In this document: positions 37,601 through 51,700 of the stretch, one piece after another
Layout of the letters: every line of letters begins with the position of its first letter
Position numbering within the stretch: the stretch's first letter is position 1
Notes under the pieces: generated by a model
Databases searched by the model: none
The model's input: the letters and a program-made list of their open reading frames with translations, nothing else
What the model was told of the DNA's origin: nothing
Program-made: the position numbers and the translations under genes
Assembly (NCBI GenBank): GCA_030770535.1
Contig: JASVEC010000018.1
Coordinates: 558,001 to 622,000, forward strand
Length of the DNA: 64,000 bases
Source: Batkoa obscura
Lineage: Eukaryota
Direction: 5' to 3'

Positions 37601-38947
37601 GAACAGGTATTTTAAAAGATATCCAAAGAGAAGTTTTGTTTAAATTTGATCAAAATTACAAAACTTGGATGAAAGCTGTAAATGCTTTATCTACTTTAGA
37701 TGCTATCTTTTCTTTTTATAAAGCAGCTATCCTAATTGGAGGTAAGCTAAAATTATTTGAGCTAATATAAAATACTCAAACAAGATTTTAGAGCCTTGTA
37801 CTCGTCCTAAATTTAAAGATCCTGCTACTTCAGATTCTTACTTCAAATTAGTTAATGCTAGGCATCCTTGTTTGTTTCAAAGGTAAAATCGTTTTTGATC
37901 GGTTATTCAATATTAATTTTGTTTAGCACTGATTTTATTCCTAATGATGTTAATCTTGGAGGTAGTGACCCTAATGTTTTGTTATTAACTGGACCGAATA
38001 TGGGTGGTAAATCAACTATTTTAAGACAAGTAAGTCGTTTTTATCTATGAGTATATAGTAGTAATATTAATATTTAAGATATGTATTATCATTATTATGG
38101 CTCAAGTGGGTTGTTTTGTACCAGCAGAGTACTGTGAGTTAACTCCGTTTGATAGTATCTTTACTAGAATTGGTAGCTATTTAGTTGAATTGATTTAGAA
38201 TAATCATTAATTTTTTTAGGTGCTAATGATAATATATTAGCTGGGCAATCCACCTTTATGGTAGAGCTTTCAGAAACGAGTCGAATTTTAAAAGAAGCAA
38301 CTAAAAATTCATTAATTATTTTAGATGAGCTTGGTAGAGGTACATCTACTTTTGATGGGTAAACTTGTTTATTATCGAAATTCATTAAATATTTAATTAA
38401 ATATTTAGGTATTCTATTGCTTATTCGGTTCTATATTACTTATTGCAAAAGATTCAATGCCTTGGCTTATTTTCTACCCATTATCATATGCTAACAAACG
38501 AATTTATCAATTATCCTAAAATTAAAATGATGCATATGGATTGTTTAGTGTTACCAAATTCAAACAAGGTTCAATTCTTATATAAACTTAAACAAGGGGT
38601 TTGCAACAAGGTGAGTTTTTATAAAGGAATAATAGTTAGAATATATTAATGTTTTCTTAAGTCTTATGGTATGAATGTAGCATCCATGGCAGGAATCCCG
38701 GATTTGGTAAGTTATTAATAAGCTGATGTATAATTTAGTTATACTAATTAAATATAAAAATTATCAGGTCATCCAATTAGCAGAAAAGAAAGCAAATGAG
38801 TTTGATGAGATTCATAAGATTGAGAGTAATCAAGAAGAATTGCCATTAGCTTTATTGGCTGATTTATCGAATTTAATCCAAAATTTAGATACTGAAAACC
38901 AGAATCAAGATTATTTAGCTGCTTGGATATCCCATTTAAAACTTTAA
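34622..38947 (+). CDS. MSH6: DNA mismatch repair protein Msh6, multi-exon
   Basis: N-terminal PIP box [52 protein letters not shown]. Confidence 0.95.
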
Positions 38948-39009
38948 ATAAACTAATTTTATTTTCAAACAAAAAAATATTTACTTTCAAAAATATTGAC
39001 TATTTTTGT

Positions 39010-39082
39010 AGCCTGATATGGGGCTCGAACCCATGACCCTGAGATTAAAAGTCTCATGCTCTACCGACTGAGCTAATCAGGC
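39010..39082 (-). tRNA. tRNA-Lys(TTT)
   Basis: GCCTGATTAGCTCAGTCGGTAGAGCATGAGACT-TTT-AATCTCAGGGTCATGGGTTCGAGCCCCATATCAGGCT; 73-nt cloverleaf. Confidence 0.96.
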
Positions 39083-39150
39083 GCCTATTAATTATTGAGA
39101 AACACCAGCTGTTATTATAAATAAATTCAAATTGAAGATTATCATTCTCA

Positions 39151-39255
39151 AGTTGGAGGGATATACTTTTGTTTAATAATTTTACTAATAATTTTTCCAC
39201 TTAAACAGCGCTTAAAAAATGGAAAAAGTGATAAAACCAAAAAGACACCCTTAAT
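39151..39255 (+). mobile_element. MITE family A, copy 10 (degenerate ends)
   Basis: Core ttttactaataatttttccacttaaacagcgcttaaaaaatggaaaaagtg; ~70 bp upstream of tRNA-Lys. Confidence 0.82.
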
Positions 39256-39621
39256 TATTTCCTTTATTTTATTATATTCCTTTTTTACAATAAAAATGTT
39301 ATAATTTTAGTAAGCCTTATTTATAATACAGAGTAATCTTAAACCATTTTATTTGATTAGTTTTATTTTCATGATTATCATATTTTCTTAGTTGAACTTT
39401 AAATGGCTGTTATATTTTTATTATCACTCTCCATTTATAGGGTTCCTTTTAAATTCATAAAGCTATACACTCTTTAGCAACTATTGTAATTTACTTATAA
39501 ACAATTAGTATACTCTTTTCGATCTTTTTAATCTATTGATATATTAAATGAACAAAAAACTAAATTTCTGATTACAAGAATATCACTTAAGCAAACTAGC
39601 AATAATTTATTTCCAAAATAT

Positions 39622-40977
39622 TTAATAGTCATCTTCAACAACCTCATCGTTTTGATCAGCAGAATCAACAGCGACTTCTTGGTAATCTCTTTCAAGGGCA
39701 GCAAGATCTTCTCTGGCTTCAGAAAATTCTCCTTCTTCCATACCTTCACCAACATACCAATGTACGAAAGCACGTTTGGCGTACATAAGATCGAATTTAT
39801 GGTCAAGACGAGACCAAGCTTCAGCAATAGCAGTGTTGTTAGAAAGAGCACAGACAGCACGTGGCACATGAGCTTGTTCAGAGTCTGGGAAGACAGATGG
39901 GGTACGGTTGTTAATACCAACCTTGAAACCACATGGAGACCAGTCAACAAATTGAATAGTGCGGGAGGTCTTAAGTTTAGCAATGATTTGATTGGTTTCC
40001 TTTGGAACAACATCACCACGGTATAAGAGGGCACAAGCCATATATTTACCTTTACGTGGGTCACATTTGACCATAACATTACGTGGTTCGAAACAAGAGT
40101 TAGTAATGTCATTGACATTTAAAGATTCATGGGAAGCTTTAGCAGCTGAGATAATTGGAGCATAGGAAACCAATGGGAAATGAATACGTGGGAATGGTAC
40201 TAAATTAGTTTGGAATTCATTAAGATCAACATTAAGTGCACCACCGAAACGAAGAGAAGCAGTGATAGAAGAAACTACTTGAGCAATCATGTTGTTAAGA
40301 TTTTGGTAGCTTGGGCGTTCAATACCAAGATTGGTTTTGCAAATATCATAGATAGCTTGATTATCAACCATGAATGAACAGTCGGAGTGTTCGAGGGTAG
40401 TGTGGGTAGTAAGGATAGAGTTATATGGTTCAACAACAGAGGAAGAGATTTCTGGAGCTGGGTAAACAGAGAACTCAAGCTTAGCTTTTTTACCAAAATC
40501 GGTAGAAAGACGTTCTAAAAGTAAAGAACCGAAACCGGAACCAGTACCACCTCCAAAAGAGTGGAAAACAAGGAAACCTTGGAGACCAGCACAGTTATCA
40601 GCTAATTTACGGATACGATCCATAACAGGATCAACAAATTCTTTACCAACGGTATAATGACCACGTGCGTAATTGTTAGCAGCATCTTCTTTACCAGAGA
40701 TAAGTTGCTCTGGATGGAAAAGGGAACGGAATTTAGAAACACGAACTTCATCAATGACAGCTGGTTCTAAATCGACGAAAACAGAACGTGGCACGTGTTT
40801 GCCAGAACCAGTTTCATAGAAAAAGGTGCTGAAAGAGTCACCAGCAACATTGTTTGGGTTATCGCTGTTCATGGAACCATCAGGGTTAATACCGTGTTCT
40901 AAACAGTAGAGCTCCCAGCATGAGTTACCGATTTGAATACCGGCTTGACCAACATGGATAGAAATTACTTCACGCAT
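39622..40977 (-). CDS. TUB1: Alpha-tubulin, probable major isoform, intronless
   Basis: [35 protein letters not shown]-ending codon bias like a highly expressed gene. Confidence 0.97.
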   Translation of the reverse strand: MREVISIHVGQAGIQIGNSCWELYCLEHGINPDGSMNSDNPNNVAGDSFSTFFYETGSGKHVPRSVFVDLEPAVIDEVRVSKFRSLFHPEQLISGKEDAANNYARGHYTVGKEFVDPVMDRIRKLADNCAGLQGFLVFHSFGGGTGSGFGSLLLERLSTDFGKKAKLEFSVYPAPEISSSVVEPYNSILTTHTTLEHSDCSFMVDNQAIYDICKTNLGIERPSYQNLNNMIAQVVSSITASLRFGGALNVDLNEFQTNLVPFPRIHFPLVSYAPIISAAKASHESLNVNDITNSCFEPRNVMVKCDPRKGKYMACALLYRGDVVPKETNQIIAKLKTSRTIQFVDWSPCGFKVGINNRTPSVFPDSEQAHVPRAVCALSNNTAIAEAWSRLDHKFDLMYAKRAFVHWYVGEGMEEGEFSEAREDLAALERDYQEVAVDSADQNDEVVEDDY

Positions 40978-41391
40978 TTTTTAAATTATTACTTTTTTAT
41001 TAATTAGCCTTGCAGGGTAATGGAGTGAGACAATCAATAAAGAAATCAATAATTCTATAAATTCTGTGTTCCCCTTTTTATTGAGTCATTCATTAATAAA
41101 TTCAACCAATGGTTAACGAATACGAAATAGCGACGAATCATATTTTAATGGACAAATTTCGAGAATTAATTATGGGAAAAATAAATGGAACATTGATTAC
41201 AATTTTTACAATTTATTTGTTGGAAATTTAAAATAATAATATACCATATTTATTAAACATACAGCAATTAATATAACTTACTAGAGTATTATTAATAAGG
41301 AATGGAGTAATTAAAACACCATTGGGCGAACCCAGGATTAAATTAAACTTTAATAAAGCGATAATATGAAATATACTAACATACAACATTT

Positions 41392-43369
41392 TTAATTTAA
41401 GATTTTACCCAACTTAAGATATACCCAAACATGTACTGTTTTAAAGTCTTCAATTTTTTTTTCTTCTTCAACTTCCATTTCTTCTTCGTCATCTTCATTT
41501 CCCTTCATTTGTTTTACCTTAGTAGTATAAGCCATTAACAGCGGTAACTAAAACAATATATTAAAAATCAAAAAAGATGTTTTTACTAACTGAACTTACC
41601 ACCACTTCTTGTCCAGGTTCTCCTTTAGGTATAATAGGTAAATAAACACAAGTTGTGTTTTTTACCCTCTCGTAAACAGCTTGAAACGGTTTATCTGCGT
41701 TATAATCCAATTCTTTTATCTGCTCCATTGTTACTTTATCAACCTCAATCATTTCTTCTTCATCTTCTTCCATTAAATTCATTTCAGAAGCATTAGTAGC
41801 GTTTCCATCTATACTAAATTTTGGACTAATAAATTTAATCTATAAAATGAATTAATATTAGAATATTGTACATTATATTATTCTCTTTAATCTTACCATA
41901 TGATTAAAAACAGCATTAAACCTTTTTAATGGATCTCCAATATAATTTTGTTTCTGTTCCTCAATTTCTAGAATATCATTGATGTCATTTGACTGCCCTT
42001 TAATAAACCAAGTATTTGATAATGGAGAATTTAGGTGAATAAAAGTTTGAAATTTCAATGGATTAATAAACTTCAATTTTAATACTGTCATCTTGTCTTT
42101 TTTCAATTCAATAATGTCATTTTCAATTTTAATATCTGGTACTTCACGACTAAAAAAACATTAAATGAATACTTCAAAAACTATTAATATCATTTTCTCT
42201 TACTATGCTGGACATTTGAAAAAGAATTTATGTTCTTGAGATGCTTTAACACTTGGATCCGATATAATTTCATTACAATGTGGGCATAACTTACTTCTCC
42301 TTGATTTCAAATTTTGTCTTTGTGGATATTTCTTTTCATTTAAATTTAAACCATAATTAAGTATCTCTTCAACTGAAGGAGCTATAAATCAAATAAATGA
42401 ATAAAATACATCTGATTAATTATTAAATAGGAAATTTACCATTTCCATTAATAATAGCTTGTTCTTTCTTTTGGTTAAATTCTTTAATTTCTTCCATTAG
42501 ATTCTCATCTTTTTTAATAAGCTGTGATAGAACTGAATTATATTTCTTTCCTCTTAACTTGAACAAATCCAAAACTTTAATATCAAAGCCATCAACCTCT
42601 TCAATAGCATATAGGTTAGGATTAAAATTAAAAAAATAAGGTATCATATGCTCAATATCATAATGTAATTGTAAATTATTAACTTCTTTATAGCTTATTT
42701 CATTATCTCTTTCAAGTTGAGCAATAGTATCTAGAAAGAAAGTATTATTAGCACCTTATTAAACCCATATAAAATAAAATAAAAACTCACTAGCTAAAAA
42801 CGATAATTTATCTAATTCAATATCATCTTCTCTACTATCATATTTACAGCATGAACACCTAAGATGAAATTTTCTGATGCTTTCACTATCTTTAACACTA
42901 GTATCTGGTGGAATAGCCATCACACCTAACTTACTTTGTGGTTCTTCAACTGTTTCTAATACGGTTAGACCAGACTGACATACTGGACAACTTAAACAAT
43001 TTCTCCAACATCTAAGAATGATCATAAGCATCGTCCTCTCATCTCTTTAAAATGAACTACTTACTTCAATTTTTCTGGTTGAGTAATAACACCTTGTATC
43101 TCGAATAAACATATTGGACAATAATGAAATAATATCTTCTCTTTTATACAACGATAGCAGCATATTTTTAAACAGGTATTACAGAAATGATAATTGATTA
43201 AAGGCTGTGTTAAACTTTCTACTTTGTTTATATGGGATAGAAATTCTGTCTGCTGACCTTGGTTAAAACCATTATTGTTAATACAATGACATTGGTATTG
43301 TACGCTTTTTTGGCCCATGATTGGGTGCGTCTCTAATAGCTTTGGGTCTTTCAGTAGGTCAATTCGCAT
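41392..43369 (-). CDS. DCTN4: Dynactin subunit p62, multi-exon
   Basis: Cys-rich FCNTCLKICCYRC...YCPICLFEI...CWRNCLSCPVC, C..C.YDSR, YPQRQNLKSRRSKLCPHC, LKFINPL. Confidence 0.85.
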
Positions 43370-43798
43370 TTTTTTTTTGAATTGAACTAAGTTTTGAAAA
43401 AAAGTTAAGTTCCTGGTTTTAGTTTTTAAATTTCACACTATTTTCTGGATTTTAAAGTTGGATCTATTTTTGATAGTAAAAATAGAACTAATGACATTAA
43501 GATGGAAAATGTTACTTTTGTTAGTTTTTTATAAACTATAAACTAACCATTGTTTTATACTATATATACATTAAGTATCCACTTAACTGCTAACAAGACA
43601 TAAGGATATACTATAATAGGCCGAGAATAAAATGAACGAATAATAAATTGGATGACGCTTAATCCCAAGTTCGAACCAAAAAACCAATAAAAATCAAAAC
43701 TTTAGATCAAATGACCTTACAAACTCCTTAGCTTCCGTAATAAAACAACAAACTAAAAAATTCCTTTTTACTTTTTAATACTCTAAACAAAGCTACAA

Positions 43799-45166
43799 AT
43801 GAGAGAAATCATTTCAGTCCATTTAGGGCAATCGGGAGTACAGATAGGTAACGCATGCTGGGAATTATACTGTCTAGAACATGGAATAGATAAAGAAGGT
43901 AATAAAATCAATACTAATGGAAACAGTGATTCGAACGGAGCTAAGGAAGCACATAGTAATGCCTTTGAAACTTTCTTTTATGAAACGTCCAAGGGAAAAT
44001 ATGTCCCTAGAGCTATTTTTGCCGATTTAGAACCTTCAGTAATTGACGAGATACGTCAAGGTGAATATAGAACTTTATTTCATCCTGATCAATTAATCAC
44101 AGGTAAAGAAGATGCCGCTAACAATTATGCTCGTGGTCATTATACCGTCGGTAAAGAGTTCTTAGAGCCTGTATTGGACAGATTGAATAAACTATGTGAG
44201 CGTTCTGAGTCTTTACAAGGGTTTTTATTTTTTAACTCGTTTGGTGGTGGTACTGGTTCTGGATTTGGGTCTTTATTATTAGATTATGTTGCTACCAATT
44301 ACACTAAAAAATCAGTATTAAATTTTTCAATTTATCCATCACCCGAATTATCTTCTGCTGTAGTTGAACCCTATAATTCAGTACTCCATACTCATTCTAG
44401 CATTGATCATACCGATTGTACTTTTATGATTGATAACCAAGCTGTATTCGAATTATGTAAAAGCAAACTCGGTATTGAGCGTCCAGATTATAAAGATTTA
44501 AATCAAATCATTGCTCAAGCAGTATCCTCAGTAACTACTTCTTTAAGATTCAGTGGCCAATTGAACGTAGATTTAGCTGAATTTCAAACCAATTTAGTAC
44601 CTTTCCCAAGAATCCATTTCCCATTAACTTCAATGGCGCCAATTATATCTAATGCTAAATCAAGCCATGAAACTTTTTCAGTAGCTGATTTAACTACCAG
44701 TTGTTTTGAACCAGATAATGTATTTGTAAAATGCGACCCAAGAAAAGGTAAATATATGTCATGTGCACTATTATATCGTGGTGACGTAACGCCGAATGAT
44801 GTTACTAAAGTTACTTCAATTTTAAAAACAAAGAGTACTATACAATTTGTTGACTGGACTCCTTGTGGATTTAAGATTGGTATTTCCAATCAAATACCTA
44901 CCATTGTTCCAGGTTCTAGTTTAGCTAAAACTAATAGATCTGTTTGTTTGTTATCGAATAATACAGCAGTAGCTGAAGCTTGGAGAAGATTGGATCAAAA
45001 CTTTGATCTTATGTATGCTAAGAGAGCCTTCGTTCATTGGTATGTTGGTGAAGGTATGGAAGAAGGAGAATTTTCTGAAGCTAGAGAAGATCTTGCTATG
45101 CTTGAAAGAGATTATCAAGAGATTGTAGGGGAAGGTGAAGATCACGTTGATGATGAGGATTATTAA
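43799..45166 (+). CDS. Alpha-tubulin, second divergent paralogue, intronless
   Basis: [34 protein letters not shown]; insertion in the H1-S2 loop. Confidence 0.96.
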   Translation: MREIISVHLGQSGVQIGNACWELYCLEHGIDKEGNKINTNGNSDSNGAKEAHSNAFETFFYETSKGKYVPRAIFADLEPSVIDEIRQGEYRTLFHPDQLITGKEDAANNYARGHYTVGKEFLEPVLDRLNKLCERSESLQGFLFFNSFGGGTGSGFGSLLLDYVATNYTKKSVLNFSIYPSPELSSAVVEPYNSVLHTHSSIDHTDCTFMIDNQAVFELCKSKLGIERPDYKDLNQIIAQAVSSVTTSLRFSGQLNVDLAEFQTNLVPFPRIHFPLTSMAPIISNAKSSHETFSVADLTTSCFEPDNVFVKCDPRKGKYMSCALLYRGDVTPNDVTKVTSILKTKSTIQFVDWTPCGFKIGISNQIPTIVPGSSLAKTNRSVCLLSNNTAVAEAWRRLDQNFDLMYAKRAFVHWYVGEGMEEGEFSEAREDLAMLERDYQEIVGEGEDHVDDEDY

Positions 45167-45395
45167 AGTTATTTTACTGCTTGAAAAATTATAGCCTCTT
45201 TTATTATTTTTATATAAAATTAATTAGCTAAGCTAAAAGTTAATTTTTTATGTATTACAGTATTTTATTAAGTTGAATAGATTGAGTTTATAGCTTTCTA
45301 GGTGCTTGTTATCTTTACAATTGATAAACAAAACCTAAGATTTTAATACTCCTTTTTATTAAAATAAACAGCTGATTTTGGAAAATACATAAGAC

Positions 45396-45612
45396 TACAA
45401 AGCTGTTTTCAAATATTGGGGCAGTTTTGAAATTATAAAAAAGAAAAAGAGAAATGATCTGAAACAAATAAAACAAAATGAATTACTTTCTTTAATAGTA
45501 AATATTCTCATATCTTTTTATATTAAAAATATTGTTAATACTAAAATAGTAAAGTTTAAAAAAATATGCCCATTTGTTTTTTATAATTTTTGCAAGGGCT
45601 TGACTAAAAAAT
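45396..45612 (+). repeat. Dispersed repeat family B, copy 1 (inverted homologue at 58664-58914)
   Basis: tgttttcaaatattggggcagttttgaaatt...aaacaaataaaa...tctttaatagt...atattaaaaata...ttgactaaaaaat aligns collinearly to the reverse complement of 58664-58914. Confidence 0.75.
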
Positions 45613-45755
45613 GGTGGGACCGATTTTTAGTAACCCTTTTTTGCAATTGAAATTTTGCTTAAATTAACTTAAAGACTGTGCAAAACTAAGCTGACCAATA
45701 GGCTTAACTAACAAATTCATATTAAAACCCATTTTAATTTTTTAACAAATTACTC

Positions 45756-48700
45756 ATGGCTGAAGAAATAGCAAAAAACAGTCAATATCAATACACAGGT
45801 AACTCGAACCTGGTAATTGAAAATCGTCGTCGTGGAGGAAAAGATGAACCTAGTGGAGACCCAGAGACCTTATATGGTAAGATAGATCCAAAGGAGTTTG
45901 GTTCCAAAGCATTACGTGAAAAAGTGAATGCACAAGAAAAAGAAAGGCATCGTTCTTCTGATGCTGTACAAGAAAAGAAAAAACGTCGCCGTGAAGAAGC
46001 AGCTTTAAAGAAAGCTTATGGCTATAATTCCGTTCTGGCTGCTACTGATGATTTGGAAGACATTATCTATCGTCCAAAAACAAAGGAAACACAATCCATT
46101 TATGAGATGATGTTGTCTTTGGTTCAAAGACAACTCGGTGATTTATCCCCCGATGAATTGAGAAGTGCTACCGATTTTGTGCTTGAAACGCTAAAGAATG
46201 ATAACTTAAAAGATAATGACAAGCAAACTCAAATAAAAGGGTTGATCCCAAACATCAATGATGAGGTGTTTACCCAACTATTAAGCTTAAGTAAAAAATT
46301 AAACGATTATAAAGCCGAAGGCGCAGAAGAAGAAAAAGATGATAATATTGATGGTGAGATCGGTGTAGCCGTAGTTTTCAATGAAGACGAGGAAGACGAT
46401 ATGGAGATTGATGAAGAAGAGGATGAAGAAGAAGGAGAATATGATGTCCCAATGGATATAAAGTTGGCCAATGATATAGCTCAAGAAGCTATTGAATCAG
46501 TTGAAGTTGAGGAAAAAATAGAGAGTAAAAAAAGTAAAAAAGAGCACGAATTTGAGTCAATACAACCATATGATATAGATAGACATTGGGTTTTACGTTT
46601 GGTGAAGAAATATTACTCAGATGAGTATATGGCTTCCCAAAAAACAGAAGAAATGATGGAAATTTTGAATAAGGAAGCTTCACATCGTGAGTATGAAAAC
46701 GACTTAATGGCTGTTACAGAGTTTGATCATTACAACTTAGTCAATATGCTTGTAAAAAACAGGGATGTAATCATTTGGACTTTAAGGCTTAAAGAAGCTG
46801 GAGAGGACACTCAAGAACGTAAAGAATTGGAAGCAGAGATGACCGAAAAAGGATTAGACCATATCTTAAAATCACTTGAGTCTGACCGTTCCAATAAGAA
46901 GGGTTTAGGTGATTTAGAAAATCGAGGAGCCAATGGTAATGCAGATCAAGAAAACGTAGAGTCTCAAAATGACAACTTGGCACCAAAACAAAAAATAGAT
47001 CTAGATATGCTTGCTTTTAATCAAGGAGGTCATTTAATGTCTAATAAAAAATGTTTGCTTCCAGCTGGCTCGACAAAAACAACTCATAAAGGGTATGAAG
47101 AGTATAGTGTTCCAGCGCCAGAAAGTAGACCATTAGGAAGTAATGAACGCCTTGTTCCTATATCTGATCTCCCTAAATGGTCACAAACCAGTTTTGGTAC
47201 TACCAATTCCCTTAATCGTGTTCAAAGTCGTGTATTCCCTTGTGCTTTTGAAAAGCTCGAAAATATGCTTTTATGTGCCCCCACTGGTGCAGGTAAAACT
47301 AATTGTGCCATGTTAACTATTTTAAGAGAAATTCAAGAGAATTATAACTTTGAAACCAATTCCGTCAATCTAGATAATTTTAAAATTGTTTATATTGCCC
47401 CTATGAAAGCTTTAGTACAAGAAATGGTGACTGGATTTTCAAAAAGATTAGAATATTTAAATATTAAAGTTGCTGAACTTACTGGTGATACTCAATTAAC
47501 TAAAACACAAATTGCCGAGACTCAAATTATTGTCACTACACCAGAAAAATGGGATGTTATTACACGTAAAGCAACAGATCGTTCGTATACCAATTTAGTA
47601 CGTCTTATTATTATTGATGAAATTCATCTTTTACATGATGATCGTGGTCCAGTATTAGAATCTTTAGTAGCCCGTACTTTAAGATATAGTGAAGAAAATC
47701 AAGAACGAGTACGTTTGGTAGGACTTTCAGCTACTTTACCAAACTATGAAGATGTTGCTACCTTTTTAAGAGTTAAAAAAGAAAATTTATTTTTTTTTGA
47801 TTCTTCTTATCGTCCATGTCCATTAAAACAACAATTTATTGGTATCACTGAAAAGAAAGCAATTAAACGATTTCAAACAATGAATGAAGTAGCTTATAAA
47901 AAGATATTAGAACAAGCAGGTCAAAATCAAAGTTTAATTTTTGTACATTCTCGTAAAGAAACTGCTAGAACTGCCCAATCACTTCGTGATATGGCTTTAG
48001 ATGCTGGTACTTTAGCTGAATTTATACCTAATGAATCAAGCAAAGAAATTCTCAATAGAAAAGCAGAGGAGATTAATGATCCAACATTAAAGGATTTACT
48101 TCCCTGTGGTTTTGCTATCCATCATGCTGGTATGACAAAAGCAGATCGTACCTTGGTTGAAGATTTATTTAGAGATGGTCATATTCAAGTATTATGTTCT
48201 ACTGCTACTTTAGCTTGGGGCGTGAATTTACCAGCGCATACGGTTATTATTAAAGGTACTCAAATTTATAATCCAGAGAAAGGTAGATGGGCTGAATTAA
48301 GTCCACAAGATGTACTTCAAATGCTTGGTCGTGCTGGTCGTCCTCAGTATGATACCTTTGGTGAAGGTATCATTATTACTACACATAATGAAATTCAATA
48401 TTATCTTTCTTTATTGAATGCTCAATTACCAATTGAATCTCAATTTATTTCTAAGTTGGCTGATAACCTTAATGCTGAAATTGTATTGGGCACTGTACGT
48501 ACTCGTGAAGAAGCTGTACATTGGTTAGGATATACTTATCTTTATGTAAGAATGCTTAGAAATGGATCACTTTATGGGATAGCTAACCATGAACAAGAAG
48601 AAGATCCATATCTTAGACAAAAAAGAGTTGATTTAATTCATTCAGCTGCTAATATTTTAGATAGTTGTCAATTAATTAAATATGATCGCCGTAGTGGCAA

Positions 48701-51700
48701 ATTACAAGGTACTGAATTAGGACGTATTGCATCTCATTATTATATCACTCATAAATCCATGGCCACTTATAATCAACATCTTAAACCATATATGAATTAT
48801 ATTGAATTATTTAGAGCATTTGCACTTTCAGAAGAATTTAAATTAATTCCAGTACGTGAAGAAGAAAAACTAGAAGTAGCACGACTTTTAGAGAGAGTAC
48901 CAATTCCAATCAAAGAAAATGCTGATGAACCAGCAGCTAAAGTTAGTGTTTTATTACAAGCTTATATTTCTCAATTGAATTTAGAAGGATTTGCTTTAAT
49001 GTCGGATATGGTTTATATTACACAATCAGCTAGTCGTATCCTTCGAGCTATATTTGAAATGTGTTTACGTCGAGGATGGGCTCAATTATCTAGATTAGCA
49101 CTTGATTTATGTAAAATTGTTGACCATCGTTGTTGGTTATCTATGAGTCCATTAAGACAATTTTATACATTAACACCAGATTTAATTCGTAAAATTGAAA
49201 GAAAAGATTTCCCATGGGAAAGATATTTTGATTTAGATGCAGCTCAACTTGGACAATTAGTTGGTGTACCAAGAGCTGGTAAATATATTCATAATTATGT
49301 ACATATGTTTCCTAAACTTAAATTGGAATGTCATGTTCAACCAATTACTCGTTCCTTATTAATGTTTGATTTAACAATTATACCTGATTTTATTTGGGAT
49401 AATAATCATCATGGTTCAGCTCAACAATTTTGGGTAATTGTTGAAGATTGTGATGGTACAACTATATTATATAATGAAAGTTTTGTATTAAAAGAACAAT
49501 ATTCACAAGATCCTCATTATTTATCATTTACTGTACCACTTTATGATCCATTACCACCTAATTATTTTGTATCTGTAATATCTGATAGATGGTTACATTC
49601 AGAAGCAAGACAAGCTGTTTCTTTCAGACATTTAATATTACCAGATAAATATCCACCACATACTGAATTATATGATTATGAACCACTTCCAGTTGGTAGT
49701 CTTAAAGAATCTCATCAACATTTATATAATGAATGGATTAAATATTTCAATCCAATTCAAACTCAAACCAATCATGTTTTATATACAACGGATGATAACG
49801 CATTTGTAGGAGCACCTTCTGGTAGTGGAAAAACAATTTGTGGTGAATTTGCTATGCTTAGACTTTGGTCAAAATTTGTTACTGAAGAACAACCTATTAA
49901 TCGAGTTGTTTATATTGCTTCAAATCAAGATGTTATTGATGAAAAATATAATTATTGGAAAAATCGATTCAATCATTTAAATAAAATAGTTGTTTCATTA
50001 ACAGGTGAAGCAAGTGCTGATCTTAAATTAATTGAAGGAGCTGATTTAATATTAGCTACACCAACTCAATGGGATCTTATCTCTCGTCGTTGGAAACAAC
50101 GTAAAAATGTACAAACAATTGGATTATTTTTAATGGATGATCTTCATATGGTTGGTAGTTCTAATGGACCAACTTATGAAGTTATTGTATCTAGAATGAG
50201 ATATATTGCATCACAAACTAAATATAAAACAAGATTTGTTGGATTATCAGCTCCATTAGCTAATGCATTTGATATAGCTGTTTGGATTGGTGCACCTACT
50301 AGTGCTGTATTTAGTTTTCATCCATCTGATCGACCAGTTCAAATTGATATTCATATACAAAGTTATTCTATTTCTCATTATCCATCTAGAATGTTAGCAA
50401 TGGCAAGACCTACTTATTTAGCAGCTAAAAAATATGCAGAAAAAGATACTACTATTGTATTTGTTTCTTCTCGTCGTCAATGTCGACTTACTGCTGGTGA
50501 ATTAGCTGCATTACAAGGAGCATCTAAAGATAATTATGGATTTTTAGGTTGTAGTAAAGAAGAGATTCAATCAGCTATTGAAAAAATTGAAGATCAATCA
50601 TTAGCACAATTATTAACTTCAGGAATTGGTTATTATCATGAAGCTTTATCTAAAAATGATTTAATTATAATTAAAAAATTATTTGAAGTTAAAGCAATTC
50701 GAGTATTAGTAGCATCTAAAGATTCTTGTTGGAGTATGGGAAATATGTTAAGTCAATTAGTTGTTATTATGGGAGCTCAATATTATGAAGGTAAAGAACA
50801 TCGATATATAGATTATCCATTAACGGATATGTTAAAAATGATTGGTAGAGCAGCAAAACCATTTAGTGGTATATCTGGAAGAGTAGTATTAATGTGTCAA
50901 CCAAATAAAAAAGAATATTTTAAAAAATTTATTAATGAAGGATTACCAATTGAATCCCATTTAGATCATATGTTACATGATCATTTTAATTCTGAAATTG
51001 TAACTAAATCTATTGAAAATAAACAAGATGCAGTTGATTTTTTAACTTGGACTTTCTTATATAGAAGATTAATTAAGAATCCAAATTATTATGGTTTAGA
51101 AGGGATTTCTCAACAACATTTATCTGATCATCTTACGGAATTAGTTGAAAAAACAATGGATGAATTAGCTTTAGCTCAATGTATTACTATAGAAGATGAA
51201 GTTATTGTATCTCCATTAAATTTAGGTATGATTGCTGGATATTATAATATACGTTATGATACATTAGATCTTATATCAAGATCTTTAACAGCAGATACTA
51301 AACTTAAAGGTTTACTTGAAATTATTTCAGCAGCTAGTGAATTTTCTGATATACCAATGCGTCATCAAGAGAATATTGTATTATCTAAATTATATACTCA
51401 ATTACCAGTCAAATTAATTAATCCTGATATGCGTAAAATTAGTACCAAAGTTCATTTATTATTACAAGCTCATTTTTGTCGAACTCAATTACCACCAGAT
51501 ATGACTAGTGATCAAATTAGTATACTTCGTAAAATTATACCTTTATTACAAGCTACTGTAGATGTTACTTCTTCTTCAGGTTGGTTAAATCCAGCTTTAG
51601 CTGCTATGGAATTGGCACAAATGTCAGTACAAGCTCAATGGGATAGAGATTCTGCTTTAAAACAAATACCTTATTTTAATAATGAACGTATTGAATTAGC

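Noticed and set aside
39017..39028. atatgggg in tRNA-Lys matching the MITE terminus
   Set aside because: It is part of the tRNA acceptor/T stem; an 8-bp coincidence with no further similarity.
39528..40496. Alternative-frame and antisense ORFs within alpha-tubulin
   Set aside because: Expected by-product of strong codon bias; no independent coding signal.
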